This document shows, in pieces, positions 33,014 to 42,855 of a stretch of DNA of 64,000 bases. The position numbers were made by a program, and so were the translations under genes. A model generated the notes under the pieces. The model was not told where the DNA came from. It was given only the letters and a program-made list of their open reading frames with translations, and did not search any database. The stretch lies in NCBI GenBank assembly GCA_963715985.1, contig CAVQSP010000011.1, forward strand, positions 448,001 through 512,000, in the 5' to 3' direction. The stretch's first letter is position 1. The number at the start of each line of letters is the position of its first letter. Origin of the DNA: an uncultured Thermoleophilia bacterium (GTDB taxonomy: Bacteria > Actinomycetota > Thermoleophilia > UBA2241).

Positions 33014-33544
33014 TCAGGCCTCGCCGGCGGCGGCGCGCTGCTCGGCCACCTGGTTGAGCGCACGCACGAACCCGCTCACGGTGCCCTGGAGCACGGTGAC
33101 CAGGCCGATCATGGGCGCGGCCATGGTGCCGACGACCTGCGCGATGAGCACGTCGCGCGACGGCAGCCCGGCCAGCGCTTTCACGGCGTCCGTGTCGATG
33201 AGGCTCGACTCGAGCAGGCCGCCACGGACCACGAGCTGGGGGTGCGTCTTGGCGAAGTCGGCGAGCGCCTTGGCGGCGCCGACGAGGTCGTCACCGCAGA
33301 AGGTGACGGCGGTGGGACCGCTCAGCATGTCCTTGACGACCTCGCGGCCGGAGCGGTCGGCGGCGATGCCGCCCAGTGTGTTCTTGACGATCTTGAACCT
33401 GGCCCCGCTCTCGCGGAGCTTGCCGCGCAGCTCGGCCAGCTCGGCCACCGTGAGACCGCGATAGTCGCTGACGAACAGGTTCTCCGTGTCCGTCAGAAGC
33501 TGCGCCACCTCGGCGATCACGGCTTCCTTCTCGTTTCTCAGCAT
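33014..33544 (-). CDS. rplJ: 50S ribosomal protein L10
   Basis: DYRGLTVAEL..LR; VKNTL; ALAGLPSRD. Confidence 0.97.
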   Translation of the reverse strand: MLRNEKEAVIAEVAQLLTDTENLFVSDYRGLTVAELAELRGKLRESGARFKIVKNTLGGIAADRSGREVVKDMLSGPTAVTFCGDDLVGAAKALADFAKTHPQLVVRGGLLESSLIDTDAVKALAGLPSRDVLIAQVVGTMAAPMIGLVTVLQGTVSGFVRALNQVAEQRAAAGEA

Positions 33545-33561
33545 CTCGACCTCTCAGTCGC

Positions 33562-33700
33562 AAACAAAAACCCGCTCCCGAAGCGGAAGCGGGCTCAGGC
33601 GGTAGCGCCGGCTCGATTCGCCTCGGGTGGCGGATCCGGATGGATCCCTTCGGCTCCCGGAGGAGCACCGGCCGTCTCAGGCCGCGGCGCGAGAGGCGCC
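33562..33700 (-). promoter_or_regulatory. L10 leader (autoregulatory RNA) ending in an intrinsic terminator/attenuator
   Basis: Leader has GAGACGGCCGGTG...CACCCGAGG, resembling L10 leaders, then the hairpin CCCGCTTCCG-CTTCGG-GAGCGGG followed by TTTTTGTTT just before rplJ. Confidence 0.7.
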
Positions 33701-33710
33701 GCGAAGCGGC

Positions 33711-33739
33711 AGTATAGAACGTAGCAGGGGCGCCGGCAA
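33711..33739 (-). promoter_or_regulatory. sigma70-type promoter of rplJL
   Basis: TTGCCG-N17-TATACT. Confidence 0.7.
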
Positions 33740-33768
33740 CTGCCGCGGCGCCGGCGCCCCTGTGAGAC

Positions 33769-34476
33769 TCAGCCTTCCAGCAGGTCGCGCGTGCGCGCAG
33801 GGTCCAGCTCGACGCTCGGGCCCATGGTGGAGGCGATGTTGACGCTCTTGATGTACTTGCCCTTTGCCGCCGACGGCTTGGCGCGCACGATCTCGTCGAG
33901 CACGGCGCCGTAATTCTCCACCAGCATCTCCTCGGTGAAGGACTTCTTGCCGATGCTCATGTGCACGATCCCGGAGCGGTCGGTGCGGTACTCGACCTTG
34001 CCGCCCTTGGCGTCGGCGACGGCCTTGCTCACGTCGAAGGTGACGGTGCCCGACTTGGGGTTCGGCATGAGGCCGCGCGGACCGAGGATGCGGCCGAGCT
34101 TGCCGACCGTGCCCATCATGTCCGGCGTGGCGATGGCGATGTCGAAGTCGAAGACGCCCTCCTGGATCTGCTTGGCCAGGTCCTCGCTGCCCACGATGTC
34201 GGCGCCGGCGTCCTTGGCCTCACGCGCCTTGTCGCCCTCGGCGAACACGGCGACCCGCATCTCCTTGCCGGTGCCGTGCGGCAGCACCGTGGTGCCGCGC
34301 ACGATCTGGTCGGCGTGGCGCACATCGACGCCGAGGCGGAAGTGGGCTTCCACGGTCTCATCGAACTTGGCGCCGGGGAGCGTCTTGAGCAGACGCATGC
34401 CTTCGAGGGGGGTATACAGCCGGCCCGGCTCGATGGAGCGCTTGGCGGCGACGTAAGTGCGGCCTTTCTTGGCCAT
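33769..34476 (-). CDS. rplA: 50S ribosomal protein L1
   Basis: KFDETVE; [13 protein letters not shown]; [16 protein letters not shown]; ATG at 34476. Confidence 0.98.
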   Translation of the reverse strand: MAKKGRTYVAAKRSIEPGRLYTPLEGMRLLKTLPGAKFDETVEAHFRLGVDVRHADQIVRGTTVLPHGTGKEMRVAVFAEGDKAREAKDAGADIVGSEDLAKQIQEGVFDFDIAIATPDMMGTVGKLGRILGPRGLMPNPKSGTVTFDVSKAVADAKGGKVEYRTDRSGIVHMSIGKKSFTEEMLVENYGAVLDEIVRAKPSAAKGKYIKSVNIASTMGPSVELDPARTRDLLEG

Positions 34477-34483
34477 TCGCGTA

Positions 34484-34523
34484 CCTCCTGTGGTGCAAAC
34501 GGCGACCGCGTCGCCTCCCACAT
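34484..34523 (-). promoter_or_regulatory. L1-binding leader RNA upstream of rplA
   Basis: TGTGGGAG-GCGAC..GTCGC-..ACCACA-GGAGG matches the GGGAG/ACCAC L1-site layout and abuts the RBS. Confidence 0.7.
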
Positions 34524-34561
34524 CGGCGGCCGGGCGGCGAGCCCGGCCTCATTCGATCTTC

Positions 34562-34651
34562 AGCTTACAGTCGCAGAGCCTTCGGCCCTTGCGACGGTGA
34601 CTTCGCTTCGTAGCTTACTGTCGCATCGCCTGCGGCGATTGCGACGGTAAC
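34562..34651. repeat. Two tandem ~40-bp imperfect palindromic (REP-like) units between rplK and rplA
   Basis: AGCTTACAGTCGCA-gagccttcggccct-TGCGACGGTGACT and AGCTTACTGTCGCA-tcgcctgcggcgat-TGCGACGGTAAC. Confidence 0.7.
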
Positions 34652-34664
34652 CCACCTTCGGTGG

Positions 34665-35090
34665 TTACTCGGCCACCTCGACGCCCATGCTGCGGGCGGT
34701 GCCCTCGATGATCTTCATCGCGGCGTCGACATCGTTGGCGTTGAGATCCGGAAGTTTGGTCTCGGCGATGGCACGCACCTGGTCGCGCGTGACCTTGCCG
34801 ACCTTGTGGCGGTTGGGCTCGCCCGAACCTTTGTCCAGACCGAGCGCCTCGCGCAACAGCACGGCCGCCGGCGGCGTCTTGGTGACGAAGGTGAAGGAGC
34901 GGTCCTCGTACACGGTGATCTCCACCGGCACGATGGTGCTGCCGGAGCCCTGCGTCTGGGCGTTGAACGCCTTGCAGAACTCCATGATGTTGACGCCGTG
35001 CTGGCCCAGCGCCGGACCGACCGGTGGCGCCGGACTGGCGGCGCCGGCCGAAATCTGCAACTTGATCTTGGTGAGGACCTTCTTGGCCAC
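34665..35090 (-). CDS. rplK: 50S ribosomal protein L11
   Basis: [24 protein letters not shown]; GTARSMG. Confidence 0.99.
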   Translation of the reverse strand: MAKKVLTKIKLQISAGAASPAPPVGPALGQHGVNIMEFCKAFNAQTQGSGSTIVPVEITVYEDRSFTFVTKTPPAAVLLREALGLDKGSGEPNRHKVGKVTRDQVRAIAETKLPDLNANDVDAAMKIIEGTARSMGVEVAE

Positions 35091-35112
35091 TGCTGCCTCG
35101 CTTACTGCCCGA

Positions 35113-35637
35113 TTAGGATGTCTTCTTGACCTGGTCGAAGGCGAGCTCGACCGGGGTCTCCCGGCCGAAGATCGACACCATGACCTTGAGCCGGCTCTGG
35201 TCGAGGTTGACCTCGACGACGTCGCCGGAGAAATCGCTCAGCGGGCCGGACGTGACGCGCACGTTCTCGCCAACTGTGAACTCGGCCTTCTGCTTGGGAC
35301 GCTCGACCGACGCCGTGTGCATGATGCGGTCGACCTCGGCACGCGAGAGGGGCACCGGCTTGTTCTGGGCACCGACGAAGCCGGTGACGCCGGGCGTGTT
35401 CTTGACCAGCGACCAGGTGTCGTCGGTGAGCTCCATCTGCACCAGCACGTAGCCGGGGAACACGCGCCGCTCGCTGGTGACCTTCTCGCCGTCCTTGGTC
35501 TCGACGACCTGCTCCGTGGGCACGACGATCTGGTGGATGCGGTCCTCCTGGTGCATCGACTGCCGCCGATGCTCAAGATTCGCCTTCACCTTGTTCTCGT
35601 GCCCGGAGTACGTGTTGACGACGTACCACTTATACAC
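35113..35637 (-). CDS. nusG: Transcription termination/antitermination factor NusG
   Basis: [14 protein letters not shown]; FPGYVLV; [11 protein letters not shown]. Confidence 0.98.
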   Translation of the reverse strand: MYKWYVVNTYSGHENKVKANLEHRRQSMHQEDRIHQIVVPTEQVVETKDGEKVTSERRVFPGYVLVQMELTDDTWSLVKNTPGVTGFVGAQNKPVPLSRAEVDRIMHTASVERPKQKAEFTVGENVRVTSGPLSDFSGDVVEVNLDQSRLKVMVSIFGRETPVELAFDQVKKTS

Positions 35638-35649
35638 GCGCGACCTCTC

Positions 35650-35985
35650 TCACTTGATGACCGAGAGGACCACGTCAACGGCCTTGGAGAAGACGAAATC
35701 GAGGACCCCCGTGTAGACGGTCGCGATGCCGACCGCCACGAGCACGACGATGGTGGACTGGATGAGGTCCTTGCGGGTCGGCCAGGTGACCTTGCCGAGC
35801 TCGATGCGCACGTCGCGCAGGAACCTCATGAGGCCGCGCTTCTCGCCGCCCTTCCCGGACTTGGCAGGGGCCTTGGACTTCTGGCGCGCCGGCTTGGCGT
35901 CCGACTTCTTGGCCACCGCTTTGCCGTTCGCGGGCGGCTTGCCCTTGCCGGTCTTGCCCTGTCTGTTGTCCGCAGTCTTCGCCAC
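35650..35985 (-). CDS. secE: Preprotein translocase SecE with Lys-rich N-terminus
   Basis: FLRDVRIELGKVTWPTRKDL plus one TM helix; lies between tRNA-Trp and nusG. Confidence 0.95.
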   Translation of the reverse strand: MAKTADNRQGKTGKGKPPANGKAVAKKSDAKPARQKSKAPAKSGKGGEKRGLMRFLRDVRIELGKVTWPTRKDLIQSTIVVLVAVGIATVYTGVLDFVFSKAVDVVLSVIK

Positions 35986-36005
35986 TCAACCGCTCCGATT
36001 GTCAT

Positions 36006-36081
36006 TGGCAGGGCTGGAGGGACTCGAACCCCCGACCCCCGGTTTTGGAGACCGGTGCTCTACCAATTGAGCTACAGCCCT
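36006..36081 (-). tRNA. trnW: tRNA-Trp (CCA)
   Basis: AGGGCTGTAGCTCAATTGGTAGAGCACCGGTCTCCAAAACCGGGGGTCGGGGGTTCGAGTCCCTCCAGCCCTGCCA: 76-nt cloverleaf, anticodon CCA, encoded 3' CCA. Confidence 0.98.
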
Positions 36082-36102
36082 AAGAACACAAGGGGGGAAC
36101 GC

Positions 36103-36252
36103 TCAGCGCGTCTCCTTGTGCACAGTGTGCGTCCCGCACCAGCGACAGTACTTCTTGAGCTCGATGCGGTCCGGATCGTTCTTCTTGTTCTTGTTCGTAT
36201 GGTAGTTGCGACGCTTGCACTCCTGGCAAGCGAGCGTGACCAGCTGGCGCAC
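36103..36252 (-). CDS. rpmG: 50S ribosomal protein L33 (Zn-ribbon type; not in the ORF track)
   Basis: Manual translation: [49 protein letters not shown]. Confidence 0.97.
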   Translation of the reverse strand: MRQLVTLACQECKRRNYHTNKNKKNDPDRIELKKYCRWCGTHTVHKETR

Positions 36253-36282
36253 GTCGTCGTCCTTTCAGAAAAGAAGCACGTA

Positions 36283-36397
36283 AGGATACCAAGGGTGTGC
36301 CGCGAGGGTCAACGCGGCCCACCGTGGCTCCCGGGCGCGGACCACAGGCCGCGCCGACCACGGCGGCGGAGTATAGCAGACAGCGGAGAAGGGACAA
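36283..36397 (-). promoter_or_regulatory. Two tandem sigma70-type promoters for rpmG-trnW-secE-nusG
   Basis: TTGACC-N18-TATCCT (36283-36312) and TTGTCC-N16-TATACT with extended TG (36370-36397). Confidence 0.6.
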
Positions 36398-36439
36398 ACC
36401 GGGGGTGGCCGACGCGCGTCTGCGTCTCGCCGCGTCACG

Positions 36440-36732
36440 GGCGTCGGGCCGATCGCGCAGCTCCGGCCCGTCGATGCGCGAGACGCGGTGCACGAGGGCG
36501 CGTGCCCGGAGTACCGGCGGAAGCGCCTCTTCGAGAACAGCCTCCCGCCCGGCCCGTCCAGCATGGCCCAGGCGCGGTGCTCGCCCACGTGGCAGCCCCA
36601 CCAGAACATGGAGCCGTACTGCGGCCCGCGGCCGATGATCTCGTCCATCATCCAGCCGCACTCGTCGGCGTCGTGCGGCACCTCGATGAGATAGCGTGTC
36701 TTGGTACGCTTTGGACCGGTGAGGAAGCTCAT
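36440..36732 (-). CDS. Small hypothetical protein with Cys/His motif; apparent frameshift near 36548; 3' end uncertain
   Basis: MSFLTGPKRTKTRYLIEVPHDADECGWMMDEIIGRGPQYGSMFWWGCHVGEHRAWAMLDGP, then in another frame EAVLEEALPPVLRARALVHRVSRIDGPELRDR. Confidence 0.55.
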
Positions 36733-36779
36733 GGACCGGAGCTTCCCGGCAGCGGAGATGTGAAACGACCGGTGCGGAC

Positions 36780-37713
36780 ATGACCGAAGACCAGGGACCA
36801 GAGGGGATCGAGCGCGCAGACGCGCGGGGGACCGGCGCGCCCCGACCGGCGGCGCGCCCGCCGGTGCCGCCGCCGGAGGTCCCGGGCCGCGGCTGGAGAC
36901 CTGCGCCGCCGCCCCCGAGTGCGCCCGGCGGCGGCTTGCCGCCGCTCTTCCCATACGTCGCCGCCACCGGACCTCGCCAGGCCCGCGGGCCCACAGCCAC
37001 CACAGCCCGAGGCGGAACCCCCGGGCCCGCTGCGCCGCGCGGCGCCGTGGGGCTGGGGCGGGAGCCTGGCCGGGCTGGCCGTAGGCTTCGGCCCCGAGCT
37101 GCTGCTCTACGCCGCCTCACTCGGGCTGGCGGCGACCGACGCTTCCGCCACCAAGGTCACGACCGGTTCCGCGGTGGCGCTCGTCGTCATCTCGCTCGTC
37201 ATCTACGGCTGGCAGACGCTCGCCGCCTGGTTCTTCTCCGTGCGCGTGGCCGGCCGCCGACTCTCGGCCTGGGGCTTTCGGCGGCCGACCAAGGCCTACT
37301 TCTGGACGATACCGGTGGGCCTCGCGGTCGTGTACGTCGCGAGCATCCTGCACGACCTCGTGGTGCACCCCAAAGCGCAGGACATCATCGGCGAGTTCCC
37401 GCACACCCCCGTGGGCGTCGCCCTCTTCGTCATCCTCGCCGTGGTCCTTGCACCGCTGTTCGAGGAGATCTTCTTCCGCGGCTTCCTGTTTCGCGGGTTC
37501 TCCTCGTCGTGGGGCTGGCCGGCGGGACTGCTGATCTCGGCGGGGGTCTTCGGCATCGCCCACGCCCAGCTCGACGTCTTCGTGCCGCTCTTCACCCTCG
37601 GCCTGATGCTGGCGTGGGTCTACAAGCGCACCGGCTCGCTGTGGACGAGCATCTCCCTGCATGCGCTCTTCAACGCCATCTCGGTGCTGGCCTGGGCGTT
37701 GACGGCGCACTGA
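36780..37713 (+). CDS. CPBP (CAAX protease/Abi family) intramembrane glutamic endopeptidase; Pro-rich N-terminus possibly frameshifted
   Basis: Motifs EEIFFRG, FGIAH and HALFN with multiple TM helices in ORF 36919..37713. The ATG at 36780 is in a different frame, so the start is uncertain. Confidence 0.85.
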
Positions 37714-37783
37714 GCGAGGAGACGGGCTCCGAGAGGGGCGCCGGAGGCGGACCCGATCGGTGATCGGGCGGCGCGGCGGGCGG

Positions 37784-38608
37784 TCAGCCGAGGAGCGTCG
37801 GCTTGCGCAGCTCGCGGCAGTGACAGGCGTCGTCGGCGGGCAGCGAGGCGAGCGCCGTGAGCAGGATGCGGCCCATGAGCTCCGCATCGTCGGCGAATAT
37901 ACGCGCGAGCTCCGCATGCTCCCACTCGCGCACCACGCCCTCGGCGTAGTTCACGATCAGGTAGATCCCGGCGTAGCAGGCGCCGATGTCCCGGGCCAGC
38001 CACACCTCAGGGCAGAAGCTCTGCCCGACCACGTCGCCCATGGTCTGCAGGTAGCGCACCTCGGCCGGCGACTCGAAGCGCGGGCCCTCGGTGACGACGT
38101 ACGTCCCGCGGGTGAAGAGGCGGCGCTCGGGGGCCACCGCCCGCGCCGCCGACAGCAGCGCCTCACGGCCGGTCGCGCAGACCGGGTCGCGCATGATGAG
38201 CAGGTGACCTCCCGCGACGAGACCGTAGCGGTCACGGTCCGTGGTCTGGTCGACGAAGTCGTCGACGACCACGAGGTCGCCGGGGTCGAGCAGGTGGTTG
38301 AGGCTGCCGACGCCGGCGTCCGAGAGGATCCGTTTGACGCCGGCGCGATGCAGCACGCTGAACACCTGACGTGAGGCACGACCGCGCGAGACGCCGCGCC
38401 GCCAGCCGTGCATGCGCACGCTGAGCGCGGAGCGTCCCCCGATCTCGAAGAGCGTGAACGGCGGGCTGTCGCCCCACGGGGTCGCAAAGACGAGCTCGTC
38501 CTCCACCTGGCGCGCGTCAGGATGCAGGCCGGCGGGGAAGCCGGAGGCCAGCGACCCGGAGCCGCCGATGACGGCGAGCGCGGCGGAGGGGACCTCGGCG
38601 GCCGCCAT
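37784..38608 (-). CDS. MTAP/PNP family purine nucleoside phosphorylase
   Basis: LAVIGGSG; TPWG; VGSLN..LDPGDLVVVDDFVDQT; TEGPRFESPAE; NYAEG. Confidence 0.88.
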   Translation of the reverse strand: MAAAEVPSAALAVIGGSGSLASGFPAGLHPDARQVEDELVFATPWGDSPPFTLFEIGGRSALSVRMHGWRRGVSRGRASRQVFSVLHRAGVKRILSDAGVGSLNHLLDPGDLVVVDDFVDQTTDRDRYGLVAGGHLLIMRDPVCATGREALLSAARAVAPERRLFTRGTYVVTEGPRFESPAEVRYLQTMGDVVGQSFCPEVWLARDIGACYAGIYLIVNYAEGVVREWEHAELARIFADDAELMGRILLTALASLPADDACHCRELRKPTLLG

Positions 38609-38610
38609 GC

Positions 38611-39396
38611 TCAGAAGCCCTCCAGGTCGGGGGTCACCCGCAGCACCATGAGCTGCACGTGGTCGCCCGTGTCCGACGTGTACCGGCTGAGCGCCTGATC
38701 GAGGCCCGCCGGGAAGCCACGGACGACTCCGAGCTGGGTGTCGCCGGCGGCGACGGAATCGCCGAGGCTCACCTGGACCTCGGCCACGTGCGTGACCACG
38801 AGCAGCAGCGACGGGTCACTTGCGAGCTGGATGTCGATCTCCACATCTGGGTACCGCCCCAGGATGCTGTACGGCTTGATGCCCACCACTTTGCCGTCGG
38901 CGGGACTGACGACCGGTGAACCCGGCACCGCGCCCACGTCCAGGCCGGACGTGGCCGGCGACGTCTGTCCGCCGGTGCCGTCCATGAGGTAGTACTGCAC
39001 TCCTCCGCCGCCGGCGAAGATGTCGCCCAGTGTCTCGCCCAGCCCGCCGCCGCTGATGCGGTCGCCGCCGGGAGTGAACGGGACCGTGTTCGCATTGTCG
39101 ACGGGGTGGTACGCCACCGCCGTGGTCACGTCGCCGGCCACGGGCAGCACCATATCGACGCCCTCGACCCCGGCGACCACGACCTGCCCGGCGCCGCTGG
39201 GACTGGCCTCCGCAGCGGGCATGGCGGCGCTCTCCGGCACGCGTGCGGGAGTCTCCCCGGGGATGGCGTACGCAGCCCACACCGCGACGACGATGAGGAT
39301 GAGGAAGACGGCCAGCGCGATCACACGCCGGCGCAGAATCTGGTTCCGGCGCTGCGCCCGCGGGCGCCGCCGGTGGCTTACCGGACCCGTGTGCAT
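38611..39396 (-). CDS. Membrane-anchored M23/LytM-like protein, probably catalytically degenerate
   Basis: Basic N-terminus plus TM helix; GLDVGAVPGSPVVSPADGKVV, VTHV, VSLGDSVAAG. Canonical HxxxD and HxH motifs are not intact. Start uncertain. Confidence 0.7.
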   Translation of the reverse strand: MHTGPVSHRRRPRAQRRNQILRRRVIALAVFLILIVVAVWAAYAIPGETPARVPESAAMPAAEASPSGAGQVVVAGVEGVDMVLPVAGDVTTAVAYHPVDNANTVPFTPGGDRISGGGLGETLGDIFAGGGGVQYYLMDGTGGQTSPATSGLDVGAVPGSPVVSPADGKVVGIKPYSILGRYPDVEIDIQLASDPSLLLVVTHVAEVQVSLGDSVAAGDTQLGVVRGFPAGLDQALSRYTSDTGDHVQLMVLRVTPDLEGF

Positions 39397-39514
39397 ATGT
39401 GAAGCAACGTACACGGGGTACCGGCCACCCGCAAGCCGGGCGGCGTTGCCGGGCCGTCCGGGCGCCACCGAGAAGGTGTTGTCCCGACTGGCTAAGGAAG
39501 AGCCTGCACAGCGC

Positions 39515-39541
39515 TCAGTTTGTGGGGGGTGCCGCCGATAC
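39515..39541 (+). promoter_or_regulatory. sigma28 (FliA/SigD/WhiG)-like promoter upstream of the CAP gene
   Basis: TCAG-N15-GCCGATAC versus consensus TAAA-N15-GCCGATAA. Confidence 0.45.
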
Positions 39542-39613
39542 CAGTGCTAGACAGCCGTTCCACCCGGTACATCCGTCGGCCGTCAACAGCGTTGCTGGGC
39601 TCGGAGGTGAGCC

Positions 39614-40141
39614 GTGAAGTCTCGTTGCGGGATCGTGCTGCTGCTCGTCGCGCTGGCAGCGCTCCTCGTCGCAGCGATCCCCGCCGTGTCCCTCGCGAGC
39701 ACCGAGCTCACCACGTACGAGCAGCAGATCGTGAAGTACGTGAACCAGGAACGCGCCGAGGCCGGTCTCGGCAAGCTCAAGGTGAGCGCCAAGCTGGTGC
39801 AATCGGCCCGCGCGCACTCGACCGACATGGGCGAGAACAAGTACTTCGAGCACGACTCCCTCGACGGGACGGCATGGGGCGAGCGCATCGTGGCCCACGG
39901 CTACAAGCGTGACGGCTACCGCGTGTGGAAGGCCGGCGAGAACATCGCCTGGGGCGCCGGCCTGTACTCGGCTCCCGTGCTCATCGTGGACGACTGGATG
40001 GCATCGGCGACTCACCGCGCGGTCATCCTCAGCAAGGACTTCAAGGAGATCGGGGTCGGGGCCGTGAGTACGCAGGGCTACGGCTCGATCGACGGTGAGG
40101 TCTGGTTCTTCACGATGGACGCGGGACTTCGAGCCAAGTGA
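39614..40141 (+). CDS. Secreted CAP (SCP/YkwD-like) domain protein
   Basis: Signal peptide; VNQERAEAGL; ARAHSTDM..YFEHDS; GENIAWG; WMASATHRAVIL; RBS GGAGG. Confidence 0.93.
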   Translation: MKSRCGIVLLLVALAALLVAAIPAVSLASTELTTYEQQIVKYVNQERAEAGLGKLKVSAKLVQSARAHSTDMGENKYFEHDSLDGTAWGERIVAHGYKRDGYRVWKAGENIAWGAGLYSAPVLIVDDWMASATHRAVILSKDFKEIGVGAVSTQGYGSIDGEVWFFTMDAGLRAK

Positions 40142-40163
40142 CGCGTGCGCACACCCCCTCTGC

Positions 40164-40194
40164 CGCGAAAGGGCGCCTCCGGCGCCCTTTCGCG
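40164..40194 (+). terminator. Hairpin downstream of the CAP gene
   Basis: CGCGAAAGGGCGCC-tcc-GGCGCCCTTTCGCG. Confidence 0.6.
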
Positions 40195-40229
40195 TGAAGG
40201 AGAGCGGCCGGTGAAGGAGAGCGGCCGGT
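40194..40229. repeat. 17-bp tandem duplication
   Basis: GTGAAGGAGAGCGGCCG twice. Confidence 0.8.
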
Positions 40230-40383
40230 CTTCCCTGTGCCCCGTCAAGTAGGATGACGGCCATGAGCGAGCGAGGCACCGGGGGCCGGGCTGGGCGGGG
40301 CGACGGGCACAGCCGCCGCGGCGCCCGGCAGCGCGTCGACGGGCAGCGGGGGCGCCGGCGAGGCGGCCGAGGCGTCGCCCGCA

Positions 40384-42757
40384 GTGCAGCGGCGGCTGCG
40401 CGCGTTCTTCCGCGAAGGCGGCCACGAGCAGGTGGTCGCCGTGGCCCACGAGGCGGCGCGCAAGGGTCGCGCCGCCGAGCTTCCCGAGGATCTGCCGGGC
40501 GCGCTGCGCGAAGCGCTCCTCGCGGCCGGCATCCACTCGCTCCACGGGCACCAGCGCGCCGCCTTCGACCTGCTGCGCGCCGGCGAGCACGTGGTGGTCA
40601 GCACCGGCACGGCGAGCGGCAAGAGCCTCTGCTACCAGCTCGCCGTGCTCGACGACTTCGCCCGCGACCCGCAGAGCCGCGCGCTGCTCCTCTTCCCCAC
40701 CAAAGCGCTCGCCCAGGACCAGGCGCGCAAACTCGCGAGCCTGAAGCTGGACGCGGGGCCGGGCGGTGCGCCCTCCGTGCGGCCCGCCGTGCCCGCCATC
40801 TACGACGGCGACACGCCCTCGGACACGCGCGCCCACATCCGGCGCTCGGCCACCATCCTGCTCAGCAACCCCGACATGCTGCACCTCGGCATCCTGCCCG
40901 GCCACGAGCGCTGGGCGGAGTTCCTGCACCACCTGCGCTTCGTCGTGCTCGACGAAGCGCACGTGTATCGCGGCGTGTTCGGCAGCCACGTCGCCCAGGT
41001 CGTCCGGCGCCTGCGGCGCCTGTGCGCCCACTACGGCAGCGACCCCCTGTTCGTGCTCACGTCGGCCACCATCGCCGAGCCGCAAGCCTTCGCGGAGCGG
41101 CTGGTCGGGGTGCCGTTCGCCGCCGTGGACGAGGACCAGGCGCCACGCCCGGAGCGGACCGTGGTCTTCTGGAACCCGCCCCTGGAGGATCCCGCCGCCG
41201 GTACGCGGCGAAGCGCCCTCGCGGAGGCCAGCTACGTGGCCGCAGAGACCGTGCTCGCCGGGGCGCGAGTCATCGCGTTCGCACCCACGCGCAAGGCGGC
41301 GGAGCTCATCTACGGCCACGTCCGCCGCCGCCTCGAGGACCGTGACCCCGGTGGCGCCGCCACGCGCGTGCAGCCCTACCGCGCCGGCTACACCCCGCAG
41401 CAACGGCGCGACATCGAGCGCCGCCTGTTCGCGCACGAGCTGGACGCGGTGATCGCCACGCAGGCCCTGGAGCTCGGCATCGACGTGGGCAGCCTGGACG
41501 TGTCGCTGGTCACCGGCTTTCCCGGCACCGTGACCAGCCTGCGCCAGCGCTGGGGACGAGCCGGTCGCACCGGCCACGGCTGGGCCGTGCTGGTGGCCGG
41601 CCAGGACGCCCTCGACCAGTACTTCATGCGCGAGCCCGAACTGCTGCTCTCGCGCCGGGTCGAGGAGGCCATCATCGACCTGCACAACCCGCATATCTCG
41701 GCCCGCCATCTGGAGGCGGCCGCCTACGAGCGGCCACTCACGCCGCACGATGAGGCGTTCTTCGGCGAGGAGGGCATGCTCGCGGCCGGCCGCCTGGCCG
41801 ACGCCGGCCGCCTGCGCCGGCACCGCGACGGCCTGGTGTGGAGCCTGCCCCACTCGCCGGCCGCCGAGACCAGCCTCCGCACGGCCGGCAACGAGCAGTT
41901 CGTCATCGTCGAGACACGCGCCGGTGAGATCATCGGCACCGTGGAGCGCGAGCGTGTGTACCGCTTCGCCCACCCCGGCGCCGTCTACCTCCACCTCGGG
42001 CGCAGCTACCTGGTCACGCGGCTCGACCTGGAGGGCCGCACGGTGCTCGTGGAGGACTTCGACGGGACCTACTACACCCAGGTGAAGGTCGACAAGAACG
42101 TGCTCATCGCCGGGCAGGCCGGCACGCGCACCCTGCCCGGCGCCGTGCTCTTCTTCGGGGAGATCGAGGTGACCGAGCAGGTCATCGCCTACCAGAAGCG
42201 CGACATGACCGATCAGCACATCATCGACACCACCAGCCTCGACCTGCCGGAGCAGACCTTCATCACGCAGGCGTTCTGGCTCGCCATCCCGGGACCGGTG
42301 ATCGACGGGGCACTTGCGCACCTCGCGTCCGAACCTCGGGCGGGCGCCTCGGGCGACGAGGGACCGCGGGGGCCCGAGACGGTCACGCCGGGGTCGCTCC
42401 ACGGCGCCGAGCACGCCCTCATCGCCCTGCTCCCGCTGTACGCGATGTGCGACCGCTGGGACATCGGCGGGCTGAGCACACCGTGGCACTGGCAGACCGA
42501 TACCGCGAGCATCTTCGTGTACGACGGTTACCCGGGCGGGATCGGGCTCTCGAAGCGCGGTTACGAGGCCTTCGAGAGCCTCGCCGCCGACGCCCGCGCC
42601 CTCATCGCCGCCTGCCCCTGCGAGAGCGGGCTGCCCCAGCTGCGTGCAGAGCCCCAAGTGCGGCAACCTCAACGAGCCGCTGCACAAGGCCGGTTCCATC
42701 GCCCTGTTGCAGGCGCTGTTGCACGGAGCAGGGGACCCGGCCTCGGCACCGCACTGA
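40384..42757 (+). CDS. DEAD/DEAH SF2 helicase with C-terminal DUF1998 Zn-binding domain (YprA/MrfA/SftH/Hrq1-like); +1 frameshift near 42629
   Basis: [25 protein letters not shown] and QRWGRAGR motifs. Removing one G gives [23 protein letters not shown]...* (TGA 42755-42757). Start may lie further upstream (~40263). Confidence 0.9.
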
Positions 42758-42855
42758 GCCTCCCACCTGCGCCGGTCTCGCAGGCTGACCGGGCGAGGGC
42801 ATCGAGAGGGGCGGCGAGAACGGCCGCCGCGACGGCAGAGCCCGCCGGCGGGCCG

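Noticed and set aside
36006-36081. tRNA-Trp as an integration site
   Set aside because: No duplicated tRNA 3' end or integrase in the window; the tRNA is in its normal rpmG-secE context.
36780-37713. CPBP/Abi protein as an abortive-infection system or as the processing enzyme for the 26-aa peptide
   Set aside because: The family name is historical, the gene is 16 kb from the peptide locus, and nothing in the sequence links them.
39400-39613. c-di-AMP or c-di-GMP riboswitch before the CAP gene
   Set aside because: Could not find the conserved ydaO or GEMM core motifs by eye; an Infernal search would settle it.
40384-42757. DUF1998 helicase as part of a DISARM/Druantia-like defence system
   Set aside because: Full-length YprA/MrfA-type repair helicase architecture, with no methylase, DrmA or other defence genes adjacent.
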